DNA of 64,000 bases, from the NCBI RefSeq assembly GCF_963921235.1, contig NC_086107.1, positions 103,480,001-103,544,000 on the forward strand, read 5' to 3'. Of the stretch, positions 49,388 through 63,684 are shown piece by piece. Each line of letters begins with the position of its first letter. Within the stretch, counting starts at the first letter, position 1. Origin of the DNA: Mobula hypostoma (Eukaryota). Under the pieces are notes generated by a model that searched no databases, was not told where the DNA came from, and worked only from the letters and a program-made list of their open reading frames with translations. The position numbers and the translations under genes are program-made.

Positions 49388-49975
49388 TTAGAAACAGAAA
49401 CATAGAAAAACATACAGCACAATACAGGCCCTTCAGCCCACAAAGCTGTGCCGAGCATGTCCCTACCTTAGAACTACCTAGGCTTTACCCATAGCCCTCT
49501 ATTTTTCTAAGCTCCATGTAGTCATCCAGGAGTCTCTTAAAAGACCCTATCGTTTCTGCCTCCGCACCGCCGTCGGCAGCCCATTCCACACACTCACCAC
49601 TCTCTGCGTAAAAAAAATCCCTGACATCTCCTCTGTACCTACTTCCAAGCACCTTAAAACTATGCCTTCTCGTGCTAGCCAATTCAGCCCTGGGGAAAAA
49701 CCTCTTTTGATTATCCACATGATCAATGTCTCTCATTATCTTGTACACCTCTATCAAGTCACCTCTCATTCTCCGTTGCTCCAAGGAGAAAAGGCCGAGT
49801 TCACTCAACCTATTCTCATAAGGCATGCTCTCCAATCCAGGCAACATCCTTATAAATTTCCTCTGCACCCTTTTTATGGTTTCCATATCCTTCCTATAGT
49901 GAGGCGAACAGAATTGGGCACAGTATTGCAAGTGGGGTCTGACCAGGGCCCTACATAGCTGCAACATTACCTCTC
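49388..49975 (-). mobile_element. CR1-like LINE 3' fragment
   Basis: ORF 49485..49979 LVRPHLQYCAQF..RVQRKF..RGDLIEVYKIM. Confidence 0.9.
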
Positions 49976-50186
49976 TCATTACCTCTTTGTATTCAGGCAG
50001 TCTGCTAATTTTTGTATACTAGGTTTACCATGAAAGGTTTGGGTGTGAGATGATGTACCAAAATGATGCAAATTGGCCTTAACCAAGAATGGAAAAAAAT
50101 GAGGGAAGGGATAGTTGTCATCTGATAATTGTCATATTAATGCAGAAGTAGTTGAAGTTTAAATATCTGAACAGATAATGACAATA

Positions 50187-50382
50187 GCCAGCTGGTGGTG
50201 TAATGGCTTCCGCACTGGACTTTGAGATGAGTGGTTCCAGGTTCGAATCCGGCCGGCTCCCTGCATGCTTTCCATCTGTGCTGGGTGAGTGCCGAGCTAG
50301 CAACTGTAAATAAATGTGAAAAATGCTAAAGAAACAGCAAGGTTGCCACCCAATGCACCATAAGGTTCATAAAGGAACAAGA
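50187..50382 (+). mobile_element. tRNA-derived SINE (family B)
   Basis: GGTGGTGTAATGG A box, GGTTCGAATCC B box. Confidence 0.75.
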
Positions 50383-51579
50383 ATAGTGACAAGACATTTC
50401 ATACCAAAAGCACTACTTGGACAATTGTGCTGCCAAGAACCAGTTATACCTTGTCCAATTTCCCAGCCACAGAGCAGAAGATAATGTGAAATAATCTACT
50501 TGGATTGAAGTTGCAAATAAATTATATGCACGCAGGCATTCAGACATAATCGATTAAAGCAATGACTTGAATGAGGAAGTAGTTCAAGCTATTTCATTGC
50601 CGGTAAGATCAATAGAATACCCATTTAGATCCTTCCACTGCATCAACAGTTCTGGGGAAAGTTTGATAAGCAGTGATATCCATGTGCATCAGGGGCATAA
50701 AGTGAGGTTGCAAAATATAATCTGTGTTACCTTACATTTAGAAGGTTGTATGTTGATCTAATTGTATTCAATATGATACAGGTTAACAACAGAGCAGACA
50801 CTCTCTCTGCTATAGATATCCCTCTGTTTATGAAAGAAAGATATCTATACCAGAGGAAGCATTCCAGCATTCCTGGAAAATATTTTACATGAATTATGAA
50901 TATTTTGAAGTCATGTACTGCTTTGGGCAGACTGGTATATTTTGTAATTCTGTGTAATTTGTTATGGCAAAAAATGGATTTGTAATTTATTCTTTGCTAT
51001 ATCTGAAAGAGTCTGTAGTGTTATAATGAGAATTCACAATGGTACACTTGTAAATGGAGGAATCCTCACTTAGGTGGCACCATTTTTAAGTAGAAGGACC
51101 AGTAGTCCCCAGTTTATGACAGGGTTTCATTGCTGAGAATCGTTCATGACTTGAACTGTTTGCAAGTCAGAAATGACTTATGGGAGAGGAGCGGAGAAAC
51201 AGCTTGATGGAAAAGCAAGTGGGCATGGGAAGAGCATCTGCTAGCTGGCCTCAATAATTCAGCAAGTGCATGAGTTTGTTCATTGTTCCCAGCTTTGCTT
51301 TGCTCAACCAGCCTCTGATAGTTGTGATTCTGGGAATGGGGAGAAAAGACAGGTGGAAATGGCCCGTTTCCACCCAACAGACCGTACCTACAGCCCTAGA
51401 GAAGCCAGCAAAACCATCCCAATGATATGTATGAGATGGTGTTTGTAACTTGGAGAGGACTTATAGTGTTCAGTAGTGAAACTGGGAACCATATTTTCAC
51501 CATATTAGAATTCTGAAAAGGTGTAAAATGCAAAAAAATGTTTTTTTTCAAAATACTCCTTGCAGGATTATTGAATTTT

Positions 51580-51812
51580 TTTATTTATTTGTTGAGATAC
51601 AGCATGGAATAGGCCCTTCCCGCCCTTCGAGCCGCACCATCCAGCAGACCGACTGATTTAATCCTGACCTAATCACAAGACAATTTACTATGACCAATTA
51701 ACCTACCAATCGGTTCATCTTTGGACTGTGTGAGGAAACCGGAGCACCCAGAGGAAACCCATGTGATCACAGGGAGTACGTACAGGTTCCTTACTAAGCA
51801 GCAGCAGGAATT
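51580..51812 (-). mobile_element. HE1/V-SINE-like SINE
   Basis: Same core and tail as 63685-63945. Confidence 0.75.
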
Positions 51813-52784
51813 CAAGAGATAAATAGTTTTGCTCCTGATTGTAGAGCTTAACACATTGAAGACTGGCTCCAGTAATTCTAGTCTACCTAGTAGAATTGTT
51901 GAATTAGAGGTAAAACTGCCCTTCAAGAGTTAAAGACCAGAAGTTTAGAGAGAGGAGGGAATCAGTTTTAAAATATTTCAAGTAATTGAAGTAAGTGTCA
52001 TTGATTGGTTGCAACAGTCCAATCATCTCTCCATGAAAACCAATGTGACCAGAATAATTGAGGAAGTTCAACTGGAGGGTATTGTTAATGTTCTGAACGC
52101 TTACAAGAGACAGCATTGTAATCTTTTAGCTTGCCATATTTTGTGGTATTAATAGTTTGACTTGGTTCTCACAAGACAAGTTTTACAAGAAATTTGGACT
52201 ACTGCTGCTTGGAAGTTTGCTAGCCTGCTAGGATTCCCCATTTCCTCATGAAATTAAATATTAGTGTCTGGACAGCATTTCAAGAAACTAGAACAATTGT
52301 GGGGGCATTAATCAGGTGGATAAACATAACTTTAAAACTTTGAAGATGAGCATTTGCTGACTTAATTAGAAACCCTCGCTAGTCTTTGGGGCATTAATAG
52401 TCCACCTCTGAAGTTGGTCACTGCAGTCACAAGTTTGGAAGTAGGAGGATCCCATTGATGGGGTGGATATTTCTGAGTAGGTAGATTTGATGGAGTGCTA
52501 TTCCACCAAAATTGTTACTCCGTGCACAATCTAACATTAGGGAAGGAACTAAAGACCACTTGTCCTTTGTTTATAATAAAACCTATCTTATTTCCCCCTG
52601 GTAAAAGTTGATGTATTTTTGAGAATCTCTTTTGGACACATTTGTACTCGTTGTAGCTTCTGCAACTGGATTAAGTTGTTTCAAATTTTATTTGGGATGT
52701 ATTTTTCATCACCTTGCAACCCTTTCACTGCTGCTGTGGTGGAGGAATGAGGACTTTCACTGGCTCTGGTATGTATTAACGTTT

Positions 52785-53836
52785 CATAAAAAGGGAGCCT
52801 TTTCTGGTTGGCAGCCAGTGACTAGAGCTGTTCCACAGGGGTCTGTGCCGGCACTGCTTTTTTTTACATTATATGTCAATGACTTTGATGACAGAATTGA
52901 TCGCTTTGTGGCCAGGTTTGTGGACGATAGGAAGATAGGTGGAGGGGCAGTTAGTTTTCAGGAAGTAGAGATGCTACAGAAAGACTTAGACTAATTAGGA
53001 GAAAGGGCAAAGAAGTGGCAGCTGGAATACAGCAAAGTGTATGGTCATGCACTTTGGTAGAAGAAATAAAAGGGTAGACTATTTTCTAAATGGAGAGAAA
53101 ATTCAAAGATATGAGGAATAACAAGGGGACTTGGGAATCTTCGTGCATGATTCCCCAAAGGTTCATTTGCAGGTTGAGTCAGTGGTGAGGAAGACAAATG
53201 CAATGTTAGCATTAATTTCAAGAGGACGAGAATATAAAAGCTCGGATGTAATGTTGAGGCTTTATAAAGCTCTGTTGAGGCCTCACTTGGAGTATTGTGT
53301 GCAGTTTTGGGCCCCTTATCTAAGAAAGGATGTGCTGACATTGGAGAGGGTTCAAAAGAGATTCATGAAAGTGATTCCGAGATTGAAAGGCTTATCGTGT
53401 GAGGAGCAATTGATGCCTCTGGGCCTCTACTGACTAGAGTTCAGAAAAATAAGTGGTAACCTCACTGAAACCAATTGAATGTCGAAAGGCCTCGAAAGAG
53501 TAGATGTGGAGAGGATTTTTTCTATAGTGGAGGAGTCTAAGACCAGAGGACACAGTCGAAGAATACAGAGGCATCCTTTTAGAACGGAGATGAGGAGGAA
53601 TTTCTTTAGCCAAAGAGTGGTGAATCTGTGGAATTCGTTGGCACAGGCAGCTGTGGAAGCCAAGTCACTGGGTATTTTTAAGGCAGAGGTTGATAGATTC
53701 TTGATTAGTCAGGGCTTGAAGTGATATGGGGAGAAGACAGAAAATTGGGGCAGAGAGGGAAAATGGATCAGCCATAATTAAATGGCAGAGCAGACTTGAT
53801 GGGCCAGGTAGCCTAACTTTGCTGCTGTATCTTATG
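52785..53836 (+). pseudogene. CR1-like LINE RT 3' portion, frameshifted
   Basis: VPQGSV, RFVDD, RPHLEYCVQFWAP, FFSQRVVNLWNSL. Confidence 0.9.
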
Positions 53837-54339
53837 ACAGTGCAAAGAAAGGGGTATGCAATTCATATGCCATCATAAGTCAACACAGGATTTTACAGGC
53901 TCATTCTTAGTGATCTAGAATATAAGTCAGTTGATAAATCAAAATCTTTCCAGACTTATGTTGAGTGGAATCTGCATCGGGTATGTTCAATGAATTTGGT
54001 CTCATACTGTTCAGATTAGTCTTCAGCGTCTCGTTTTCTGTCTTTTATTAATGGTGGATTAGCTCTGGAAAGTGAGAATGGCCTTGTAATATGGACGCTT
54101 ACATCCTGTTTCAAGCTAGCTGCGTTCTTGTGCTGCTTCCTTATCAGATGGATATTTTGTGCAGTTTCCTGTATGCTCGTACAAGAACCTAAATTACAAC
54201 AGCCTGTTTGAGGAAGGCCAAACGAAAAGGAATATGCAGATAGGGCCAAGGTTTACAATTGCATTGCATGAATGTGTTTGTTATATTGCTAATCACCTCA
54301 AGAGTCCTTTTGAGTATAAATGGAAATGGAACACTGGGC

Positions 54340-54990
54340 TTAATCCTCATAGAGGGATTAGAAGTGGAGAGAGTGAGAGGGTGTCAATATCTGTGAGGAC
54401 CTAAACTGGTCTCAACATATCGATGCAGCTACACAGAAGACAAGACAGCAGCTATATTCCTTTAGGAGTTTGAGGGGCTTTGGTTTGTCATCTAAAATAC
54501 TCGAAAACTTTTACAGATGTACCATGGAGAGCATTCTGACTGGCTGCATCACCATCTGGTATGAGGAGGCTACTGCACAGGATTGCCTCCGTAGTATCCA
54601 AGACATCTTCGAGGAGCGGTGCCTCAGAAAGGCAGTGTCCATTATTAAAGACCCCACATCACACAGGCCATACCCTCTTCTCATTGCTACCATCAGGAAG
54701 GAGGTACAGAAGTCTGAAAGCACATACTCAGCGATTCAGGAACAGCTTCTTCCCCTCTGCCATCCGATTTCTGAATGGACTTTGAACCCTTGGGCACTAC
54801 CTCACTTTTCTTTTATTATTTCTGTTTTTGCACTACTATTTTTAATTTAACTATTCATTAATCATACATTCTTGCTGTAATTCATTTATGTATTTATTTT
54901 TCTATATTAATCATGTATTGCATTGTACTGCTGCCGTTGTTAACAAATTTCACGACATAAGCTGGTGATATTGAACCTGATTCTGATTCT
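54340..54990 (+). mobile_element. Rex1/Babar-like LINE 3' derivative
   Basis: FYRCTMESILTGCITIWY, RFRNSFFPSAIRFLN, (TGATTC)n tail. Confidence 0.8.
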
Positions 54991-56810
54991 CATGTTAATT
55001 GGGAGGTGACATTTCTCCTGACAGGCATTGCAAGTAATCTGGATTGTAAAATTGACTTGCCCTGCAGAAACAATTGTACACCACTCCATTAGAGCAAAGT
55101 ATCCCATGAGGTGGTCTGCTGCTGTCCCCTCTGGAGCCTTCCATTGTTTCTCACCAGAGAAAGTTTTCAGACTGTTTTCGTCTGCAGCAACTTTTTGTCC
55201 CTGATGTATGGAGTGAAGTGCAACAGCGTCTATTTTTAGACTTAAACCATTACGTGTCTTGGGCAGAGAGTTTGCACTTTATCAAATGAGACATGCGCTG
55301 AAGTAGGAGAGTGAAGACCTAAAATAGCCAGCTTCAGATCGAAAAGCAGAAACTGTCCAAAAATGGCTGGGACCCAGTAGCCACGGGGCGGTGGGGGGTT
55401 GTTGTTGGTGGTTGTAGTGAGGAGATACAGTTCATGTAGGTCATATTTGGACGCTAGTAATAGGCAGCATCAGAATCGGAAATAATTGTATTTTAACGTA
55501 ACAAGGAATAATAAGTGATGCGCAGTTTTCTATTAAGTAGGTTGTAACTAAGGTTTGAACCTCCGGATTTTCCATTTGTGGACCTCATCTCTGCAGTTAA
55601 CACTGCTGTGTCTATGTCTATAAAATCTTCAAGTACTGTTGCGGGTTGCAAAGGAAGGTCATAACTCGAAGTGGACGTCAGCCATTAATTTAGCTTCCAA
55701 TATGTTATTGGTGAGCTCGCAGTTGGGCTGGGTTTTGAATCGGTTTGCTTTTCAGTTTTACTTTAAAATGATCCTTTGTTGTACTTAAGTATCATATGAT
55801 TAAAGTGCGACTTGGAAGCACACAATCCATCAATAACTAAGTCCCTGAAGTATATAGAATTCCTGGCTTGCATTATACACAGCGTTCCTTGGCTGGCATT
55901 TCGCTCTGGAAGTCATGATGACTGCATAGGTTTGGTATTGGCTTTGTAGGGATTGGTATCCCTGAGAATGAAAGCATGGCATGAAGTTACACACTTCAGC
56001 CTAGTTAAGGAAAATACCTAGCAGGTCAGGTAGTATCTGTGGGGGGGAAGAGAGAAACAAAGTTTTTAACTGACATCCTATCTCGAGGATTGTCCAGTTT
56101 CTGATGCAAGCTGGAGAGGCTGGTTGTCCAAGGTTGTTGAATTTGCTGTTTAGTCTTAAGGGCTGTACATGCCTGGTTGGTGTTCCTCAAGCCCAAGCGT
56201 TGTAATAGTGCTGTTGGTCTAATGGCAGTTTCCTCCAGGTGCTCCGGTTTCTTCCCACATTGCAAAGACACAGTTAAGGTTAGTGAGTTGTGAGCATGCT
56301 TTGTTGGCACCAGACGTGTAGCAACAATTGTAGAGTGCCCAGCACAATCCTTGCTGATTTGATTTGATGCATGTGTTTCGATGTATGGTGATTTACAGTA
56401 ACAGGTGACTGAACTCAAGGCTACTCCTGGACTGACTGTCAGAAATGGTTATTTCTCTCTAGATTGCTAATAGTCAAGGCCCATGAATACAGATAGAGTT
56501 GACAAATCGTGATTGCTACAGGCTTGGGTTTTGGGAAACTTGATGATCACAAAAAGAGGGAAGCAACTTTTTATGTCTAAAATGTCTTTCTCTCTTTGTC
56601 AGCCGCTGAGTCCTCTCAATTTCAATAAGATCTTCTGCCATTCTTCTAAAGTTCTGTGAATACAAGTCTAGTCAATCTAATCTAATGTGCAGGAAGTTGC
56701 AATTTGGTGGAACAGCCCTCCATCAAACTCAAGAGTAAACTCCAGCTACCTACTCAAAAATATCCACCCCACCAATGGGATCCTCCTACTTCCAAACTTG
56801 TTTCTACAGT

Positions 56811-57036
56811 CAACATACATCAAAGTTGCTGGTGAACGCAGCAGGCCAAGCAGCATCTATAGGAAGAGGCGCAGTCGACGTTTCAGGCCGAGACCCTTCG
56901 TCAGGACTAACGAAGGGTCTCGGCCTGAAACGTCGACTGCGCCTCTTCCTATAGATGCTGCTTGGCCTGCTGCGTTCACCAGCAACTTTGATGTATGTTG
57001 CTTGAACTTCCAGCATCTGCAGAATTCCTGTTGTTT
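56811..57036. mobile_element. Penelope-like fold-back insertion: perfect 90-bp arms, 10-nt loop, 36-nt tail
   Basis: 56811-56900 is the exact reverse complement of 56911-57000; TSD TTGTTTCTACAGT at 56798-56810 and 57037-57049. Confidence 0.92.
56872..56909 (-). ncRNA. Minimal type I hammerhead ribozyme, intact core
   Basis: Minus strand TAGTC-CTGACGA-AGGGTCTCGGCCT-GAA-ACGT-C-GACTG, identical to 26554-26591. Confidence 0.85.
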
Positions 57037-58263
57037 TTGTTTCTACAGTGACCGCCTTCAGAGGTGGACTACTAATGCCCCTAAGACTAGTCAGGTTTTC
57101 AACATTCGGGTTTGTAATTAAGTCAGCAAATCTAATCTCTCTCCAACCTACTGTCCTGCTCTCCCAGAAATCAATATGAACCCTTGAACTCCTTTTTTCT
57201 GGCAGATATGTACTTTCTTGAGTAAGGAGCCTATAATTGTACCCAGTTCCGGGTGTCATTTCACCAAGGACCTATATAATTATAGCTAGATGAAGGGTCT
57301 CAACTGGTAACATTGACTGGCCATTTCCCTCTCCAGATTTTGCCTGACCCACTGAATTCTGGTGATTTTTCCTCCTACATTCCAACATCTGCAGTCTTTC
57401 CTATCTCCATCTTAATTGTTTTTAGACTTCCTTGTTCCTGTACGCAAAACCTCTTGAATTAAAGACTAAAGTCCACACAAGATTATTAATCCTTTCTCAT
57501 TGTACATTGTCCAATTTAGTCTGTCTACTTGTTCTGTTTGCTACACTTAAAATGAAGGAGTTCACAGTTGTCAGTACACCACAAGACCTAGGTGACATAA
57601 CTAGTCATTTTGAGCCAGACAGTGTTCACACCACAAGTGCCAGGTAGTTGTCTTCAAAAGTAAGTCTAGTCTTGTACCTTCAATATTCTCAGTGTTACCC
57701 CAAGCTGAGTCCAACATCCCCATCCTGAGGAGTGATGGGAAATGGTAAGAAATAACCATATTTCACCTGAACTGCCTCAACTACAAGAATAGGCGTTGCC
57801 AGTGTTTCCGGTGGTGAGGGTATCATCCTATGACTCCAGCTCTCCCCCCCCCCCCAGACTTTCCCGCAATCTCAGAATGCCTGTTGGAAGTAAGATGGAA
57901 TTGCATGGATGAGTGCAACTCCAACAATGCTGTACAATCTCAGCCCCATTCAGGACATATCAGCCTGTTTTAATTGACATCTCATCTGCCTTCCTAAATA
58001 TTAATCCCCTCCGGACTGTGTAATACTTAGAAAATGCACTGCAGCTTTTTGTCTCGGTGACTGTGACAGGGCCACTCAAATACCTTTGCCTCCTAGACAA
58101 ACATGGAAGCCTCTTCAAAGTTCAAACTAAATTTATTATCAACATACCGATATATGTCATCATATCAGAATCAGGTTTAATAGTATGTCGTGAAATTAGT
58201 TAACTTTACGGCAGCAGTACAATGAAATGCGTGATTAATAACTATAGAGAAAAAAAACTGAAT

Positions 58264-58872
58264 TAGGTAGATAGGTAGGTACTTTATTGATCCCAAAGGA
58301 AATTACTGTATCACAGTAGCATTACAAGTGCACAGATATATAAATATTAGAAGAGAAGTAGAAAGAATAAAAAATGATTTACTTTGAACAGTCTAACAGG
58401 AGGGGTTCATCACTATGCCGGCTATAGGTTGACTCATTATAGAGTCTAATTGCCCAGGGTAAGAATAATCTCATATAGTGGTCTTTAGAGCAGCGCAACT
58501 GTCTTAGTCATTACTACAAGTACCCCTCTTTTCAGCCAAGGTGGCCTGCAGAGAGGGTGAGAAACATTGTTCAGAATTGCCAGGATTTTCCATAGGGTTC
58601 TTTGTTCCACCATAGCCTTCAGTGTGTCCAGTTTGACTCCTATAACTGAGCCTGCCTTTCTAATCAGTTTATTGAGCCTGTTGTCATCACCCTTGTTGAT
58701 GCCATTGCCCCAGCAAACCACTGCACTGAAGATTGTACTGGTGACAAAAGACTGGCAGAACATGTGAAGGAGGCCTGCATATTCCAAAGGACCTCAGTCT
58801 CCTCAGGAAGCAGAGGCGACGCTGGCCCTTCTTGTACACAGTCTCTGTGTTGGTGCTCCACTCAAGTCGGTC
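58264..58872 (-). mobile_element. Rex1/Babar-like LINE 3' fragment
   Basis: AVVCWGNGI..RLNKLIRKAGSVIG (ORF 58485..58787); nested in a TCTGAT-tailed repeat. Confidence 0.8.
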
Positions 58873-59194
58873 ATTTTATATATACATAGTTAAGTTAAAA
58901 TGTGTGTTCGTCCATTGTCAATGTCGATGAGGACCTCGACACCATTATTGATGGTGTCGAGACTAGCGCATGACTTGGATTTAAGTGAGGGAGAGTTGTG
59001 CAGCGTCAGCCTCACTCTCTCTTCCCAATTCCCATTCGGATCCAGTGGCAAGCCAGAGTTTAGACGGCTTAAGTTAAAATAAGTAGTGCAAAAAAACAAT
59101 AAAAAAGTGGTGAGGTGGTGTTCATGGGTTCAATGTCTATTTAGAAATCAGGTAACAGGGGGGAAGAAACTGTTCCAGAATCACTGAGTGTGTG

Positions 59195-59950
59195 CCTTCT
59201 TTATAAGTATAAAGTGAGTAGAGCAGGGGTTAAGTACAAATCTTGTAGTGCACCTGTGCTGATGCTGATTGTGAGGAGATGTTGCTTCATGACCAATCTC
59301 TCAAAGCTCTTCATCACAGTGTATGTAAGAAGGATAGTCATTGAAACTGGTTACCATGTTCTTCTTGAGCTTGAAGTCTTTTTGAAGCAGTTTGGTACCT
59401 CAAACTGCTGAAGAGAGAGGTTAACAATGTCAATAAACACTCCAGCCACTTGATTAGCACAGATCTTCATTATTTGGCTAGGTACACTGTCTGGGCCAGA
59501 TCCTTTCTGTCAGTTTACTGTCTGAAGAGTTCTTTCATGTTGGCTTCAGAAACAGAAATCACAGGGTCGTCGGGAGCTCTGGTAGTCTGTGAAAGTGCCA
59601 CCCTATTCTGTCAGTCAAAGCAAGCATAAAAGACATTGAGCACATCGGGAGCAAAGTGTTGTCACATGTGTTGCTTGTAAGATGACTTTCTGGAGGTCAC
59701 ACCTGGGCCTCTTCCTTGGATCGCGTGTCCTGAACACCACCAATCTAGCCCTCAGAAGATTGTGGTTCATCTAGGGGCTCTAGTTGAGGAAGACTTGGAA
59801 AGCTTTTATGGGGACGTGCTTGTCCACAAGTGTCTTTGTAAAGTCCATGACAGGTGTGGCATATTCATTCAGGTCATCTGAGTCCTTGACCATGGCCCAA
59901 TCCTGTAGCTGCTCCTCTGCTTTCTGTAAACACCTCTTTGTTGTCCTGTA
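59195..59950 (-). mobile_element. Decayed Rex1/Babar-like LINE internal fragment
   Basis: Homologous to 29200-30370 (DLNEYAT..DFTKT). Confidence 0.65.
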
Positions 59951-60138
59951 GTTTTCCCTCCAAGTTGCACACTTTTCTGGCATGCAGATATACCCTTGTT
60001 CCTTCACCTTTGCTGGACCTAATCTGAGACAACCTTCTCAGTATTACTGTGGAATACCTTCACTAGAAGGATTGTTACATTTCAAAATTACAGCCCACCA
60101 CAGTTGTGGACAATAATTGCTAATCATACTGGCAACAG

Positions 60139-60493
60139 AGTGGTGGGGTGGAGATCCGTCTCTACCAAAGGAGGTGTAAGGTGTTCCTTCCCTCCGCTAG
60201 CCTGCAGGTCGCCCTTGGGCAAGGTATAGTACCTGTTTAGCCCCCCCCCACCCCCGATCAGGGCCATGGGAGCAGTTTGTGGGTGGCCATATGAGCGGCT
60301 GGTGCAGATCACAAGTCCTGGTTAGGCAACCACTGACCCCAGGCAGACAATCTCTGAAGAGATGGCTGGGGTTACCCATCTTGTAAAGACAATGAAGAAG
60401 GCTTTCTGTAGAAAAATTTGCCAAGAACAGTCTTGGTCATGGAGACCGTGATCGTCCATGTCATACAACACAACACATAATGATGATGATGAT
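60139..60493 (+). mobile_element. Dispersed SINE-like repeat (family D) with (GAT)n tail
   Basis: Reverse complement of 16955-17318; terminal (TGA)n. Confidence 0.65.
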
Positions 60494-63400
60494 AATAGTT
60501 TGAAGGAAAGACTGGGGTAAGATCTCCTCCACTGTTTGGAGGTTAGGGAGGGAAAATATCAATTGGGAATAAAATACCCTGTAGAGTCTTGATTTCATTT
60601 ACCCAAATATACGGAAGAGGAAGCACATTAGGATAGCATATTGTACTGAACAAATGATTATGAAGTTTCCGGCCGGCACTGTAGTACTAGTTAAAGCTAA
60701 AGAAGGCAGTGGAGAGAAGTTTAAAGTCAGAGGATGACGGGTAATAATTTGATCTTTCCTCCAGACCTAAGATTTTTTTGTGGAAGCAGATTTCAAGGAT
60801 TTCAGAATTTTAGAATTTGATTCTGAGATCTTTTAATGCAACTGGTGTAAAAACAAAGCCAAGTCTGTAAATCACATTGAAAGATAATGTGAAAGAAGAT
60901 GAGTAATCAAATGTTTATTGTTGAAAATTTACTGGGAGTGGCTGCTAATGTGGCAGCAGGGTGGAGCAGCTGATACAGCTGCTGCCTCTTAGCTCTGGCA
61001 ACCTGGGTTTAATTCTGATCTCCAATGTTGTCTGTGTGCACTTTGCACACAATGCCAGAGACCACAAGGGTACTCCACCTGCCAAGAACTTCTCAGTCGG
61101 TAGATTAATTGGCTGCTGGTGAGGGTGGATGATATCATCTTGGAGAAGTTAATGAGCTTGTGGCAAGGACAGTTTACCAGAAAAATTAGTGGGGAGAATT
61201 GGGTTGTTCTTTTGGTCTGGTACACTTCAGGTTGATTGATCTCATTCAGCTAAGAGTATGCAGGATCAAAAGAACAGCACCATTCTCCCTCTGATGTTTC
61301 TGGTAAGCTTCCCTTGCCGTAAAAAAGGGGAAAGGTGTTGATGATTCTTGAGAAATTAGAGTCTCCTAGCTGAAGATCATGTGGCATTGCTTCAGGATGT
61401 GGTTGTGGCCATTGAGGACAAAGATGAAAAATGTTCTTTATGCAATGCATGGTAAATGTTTGAATTCTTTACCTTAAGAAAGTTTTAGATAGTAAGTTGT
61501 CAAGTAAGTTAAAGATTGAGGTGGACCTTTAGACACAAGAGAGAATCGGTCATGATACAGTTTGAGCAGTAAATGGATCTCATATTTAAGAGGTGTATTC
61601 CTCCCTGATAGCTTCCAACTTGGATGCCAGGAACTTCACAATTTCTTTAATGGATGGTAACCACTCCGCTGTGTCTACAAATCAGATAGCAGAATTGAAG
61701 ATAACTTTTCTTCTAGACTTCAAGAAGGACAACTGAGAAATTGACCTTGATTGTAGGGTCTTTATTGGCCAGAATGCTAAGGAATGAGAACAAAAGAATG
61801 AAGAACCTAGGTAGACCAACTGACCATCTTGAACCTGCTCAGCCATCCATTGGAATCATGGCTGATCATCTTCTTGGTGCCATTTTCCTGCACCTCAAAT
61901 CCCTTGATCCCTTTATCAGAAATCTTTCTCTTTCTTTTCAGTGAACTCATTGACCAAGCCTCCATGGCCTTTCAGGGTAGAAAGTTCAAAAGGCTCGTCA
62001 CCCTCTAAATGGTTAAACTGCTTATTTCAGAGTGGAACAGTGACCTTACACCAGGCTGCTATGTACCATCAATCAGAGTTTGGAAGCAGCTGGTCCAGGG
62101 AACTCCTGAGATTCCAAGGGAGTCTGATTGCCTGAGGTGATTTGGGTTGTCTAAGTACCAAATGTCAGTGCCACCATCCTTTGTGGGCAATAGGATGCCA
62201 GGTCACTGTTAACTTGACCTGTAGTTTTAATGTACTGCCAGCAGAAGATAAGGGTTGATGATTCTTGCTGGAATAATTTAAGTAGCTACTATGAATTTAC
62301 AGAGAAAAAAGATGAAATAAAAGAGCAACATAACTAAAGCAGATCAAAGTTAAATGATTTAAAAAATTAGCAGGAAATTAATTGTGACAGATGTTAGGTT
62401 TCCTGTACAAGTTGAAGATTATCAAAGTACATGGAAAAATAAGGAGAAAAAGACACACTGAAGTGAAAATGTTGAAACCATATGAAGAAGGTAGAAGTCA
62501 TAGAAGTTACTAATTACTGAACTTAAGGGGAAGGCCTCATCTATGGTCTGTAAACTGCTGCGGAAGTCCGAGTTAAAGTGAGAAACAGAAGTCTGGTCTG
62601 CAGAGTTGCTCTTTGATGTAACGAAAGAATTCAAAAGTAGGGTTTGGTGGCCATCATTACTAGAGCATGCTTCTGCCCAGTTCTGTGTTCAGTACAGTTT
62701 GTTGTCTAATATGATATCCAAGGGCACGGTAACATGAGAAACCCAGCTATTCGGTCAAGTAACAGAATGAATGAATTACTGGACCAATCTATGAAGAGAC
62801 GGACCAATGTCTCAGAAGCAGGGTTTGGAATCCTGTTGGGGCGGTTGGGAGTTTTAAGTTTGGTTACTTATATTTTAATGGTCAAAGAATGCAGCTGTTT
62901 CATTAATAATTCTTCAGGAAAGAAATCAGGTGGACTATGTGACTCCTTCAACCAGTATGGTTGATTCTTAAGTACTGTCTCGAATTTTTGAGCAAGTTGT
63001 GTAATTTAGGACAAGCAGTAGTTGCTCATTTAGCAAAAGATTTTCATTCTGTGAAGGAGTAAAATTTTTGCTTTCAGTTCTGCATGCTATACTTTTCTGA
63101 AGGAACAGTTACCCAGATGAAAGAGTAGTTTTATCTGTGGTGACCACATGACTAACTCCTGGGGTGATGGAAGAAAATTGTTCAAGAGTTGTGCAACCAA
63201 ATTGGTGCTGGTTTGGAGAAAGAGAGAGTAGCATCTAAGTATGATTATTAGTGAAGTAGAGAAAAAGTTTTTTTTAAAAAGGTGTTTAATAACTTCTCCA
63301 AAACATTGGAGCCTTCCGGTGGAGCTTGGGTGAAAATGATGATTCATTTCCCTGAAGCAAGTGCTCTGCCCACTTCCCATGTTATGTTTCGGGTTCATAA

Positions 63401-63684
63401 TGTTTTGGTCCATTTGAGAAATGGCTCTGTAACTGATCTGCCGTTCTAGGTTTTATAGCAGTGTAGGTCTGTGTGTATGCACTGCAGTAACTCATTTGCT
63501 TTAAACCTCTGATCTCTTCTCTCAATTAACACTCTATAGGGTATACAGTCTTGCATGGTGTACATGTGATTAAGAGTGGGCCTCTTTGTGGGATATATCT
63601 ATTACGTCATTTGCCACATATAGATTCACTCCTCTCATTCCACCTGAATGTTGGGGTTTGCAGATGGTATATCTGCTAGAGGGT

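Noticed and set aside
56687..57259. Overlapping 144/149-aa ORFs, and similar ORFs at 17823-18290, sharing peptide text
   Set aside because: Artefact of palindromic repeat DNA reading the same on both strands
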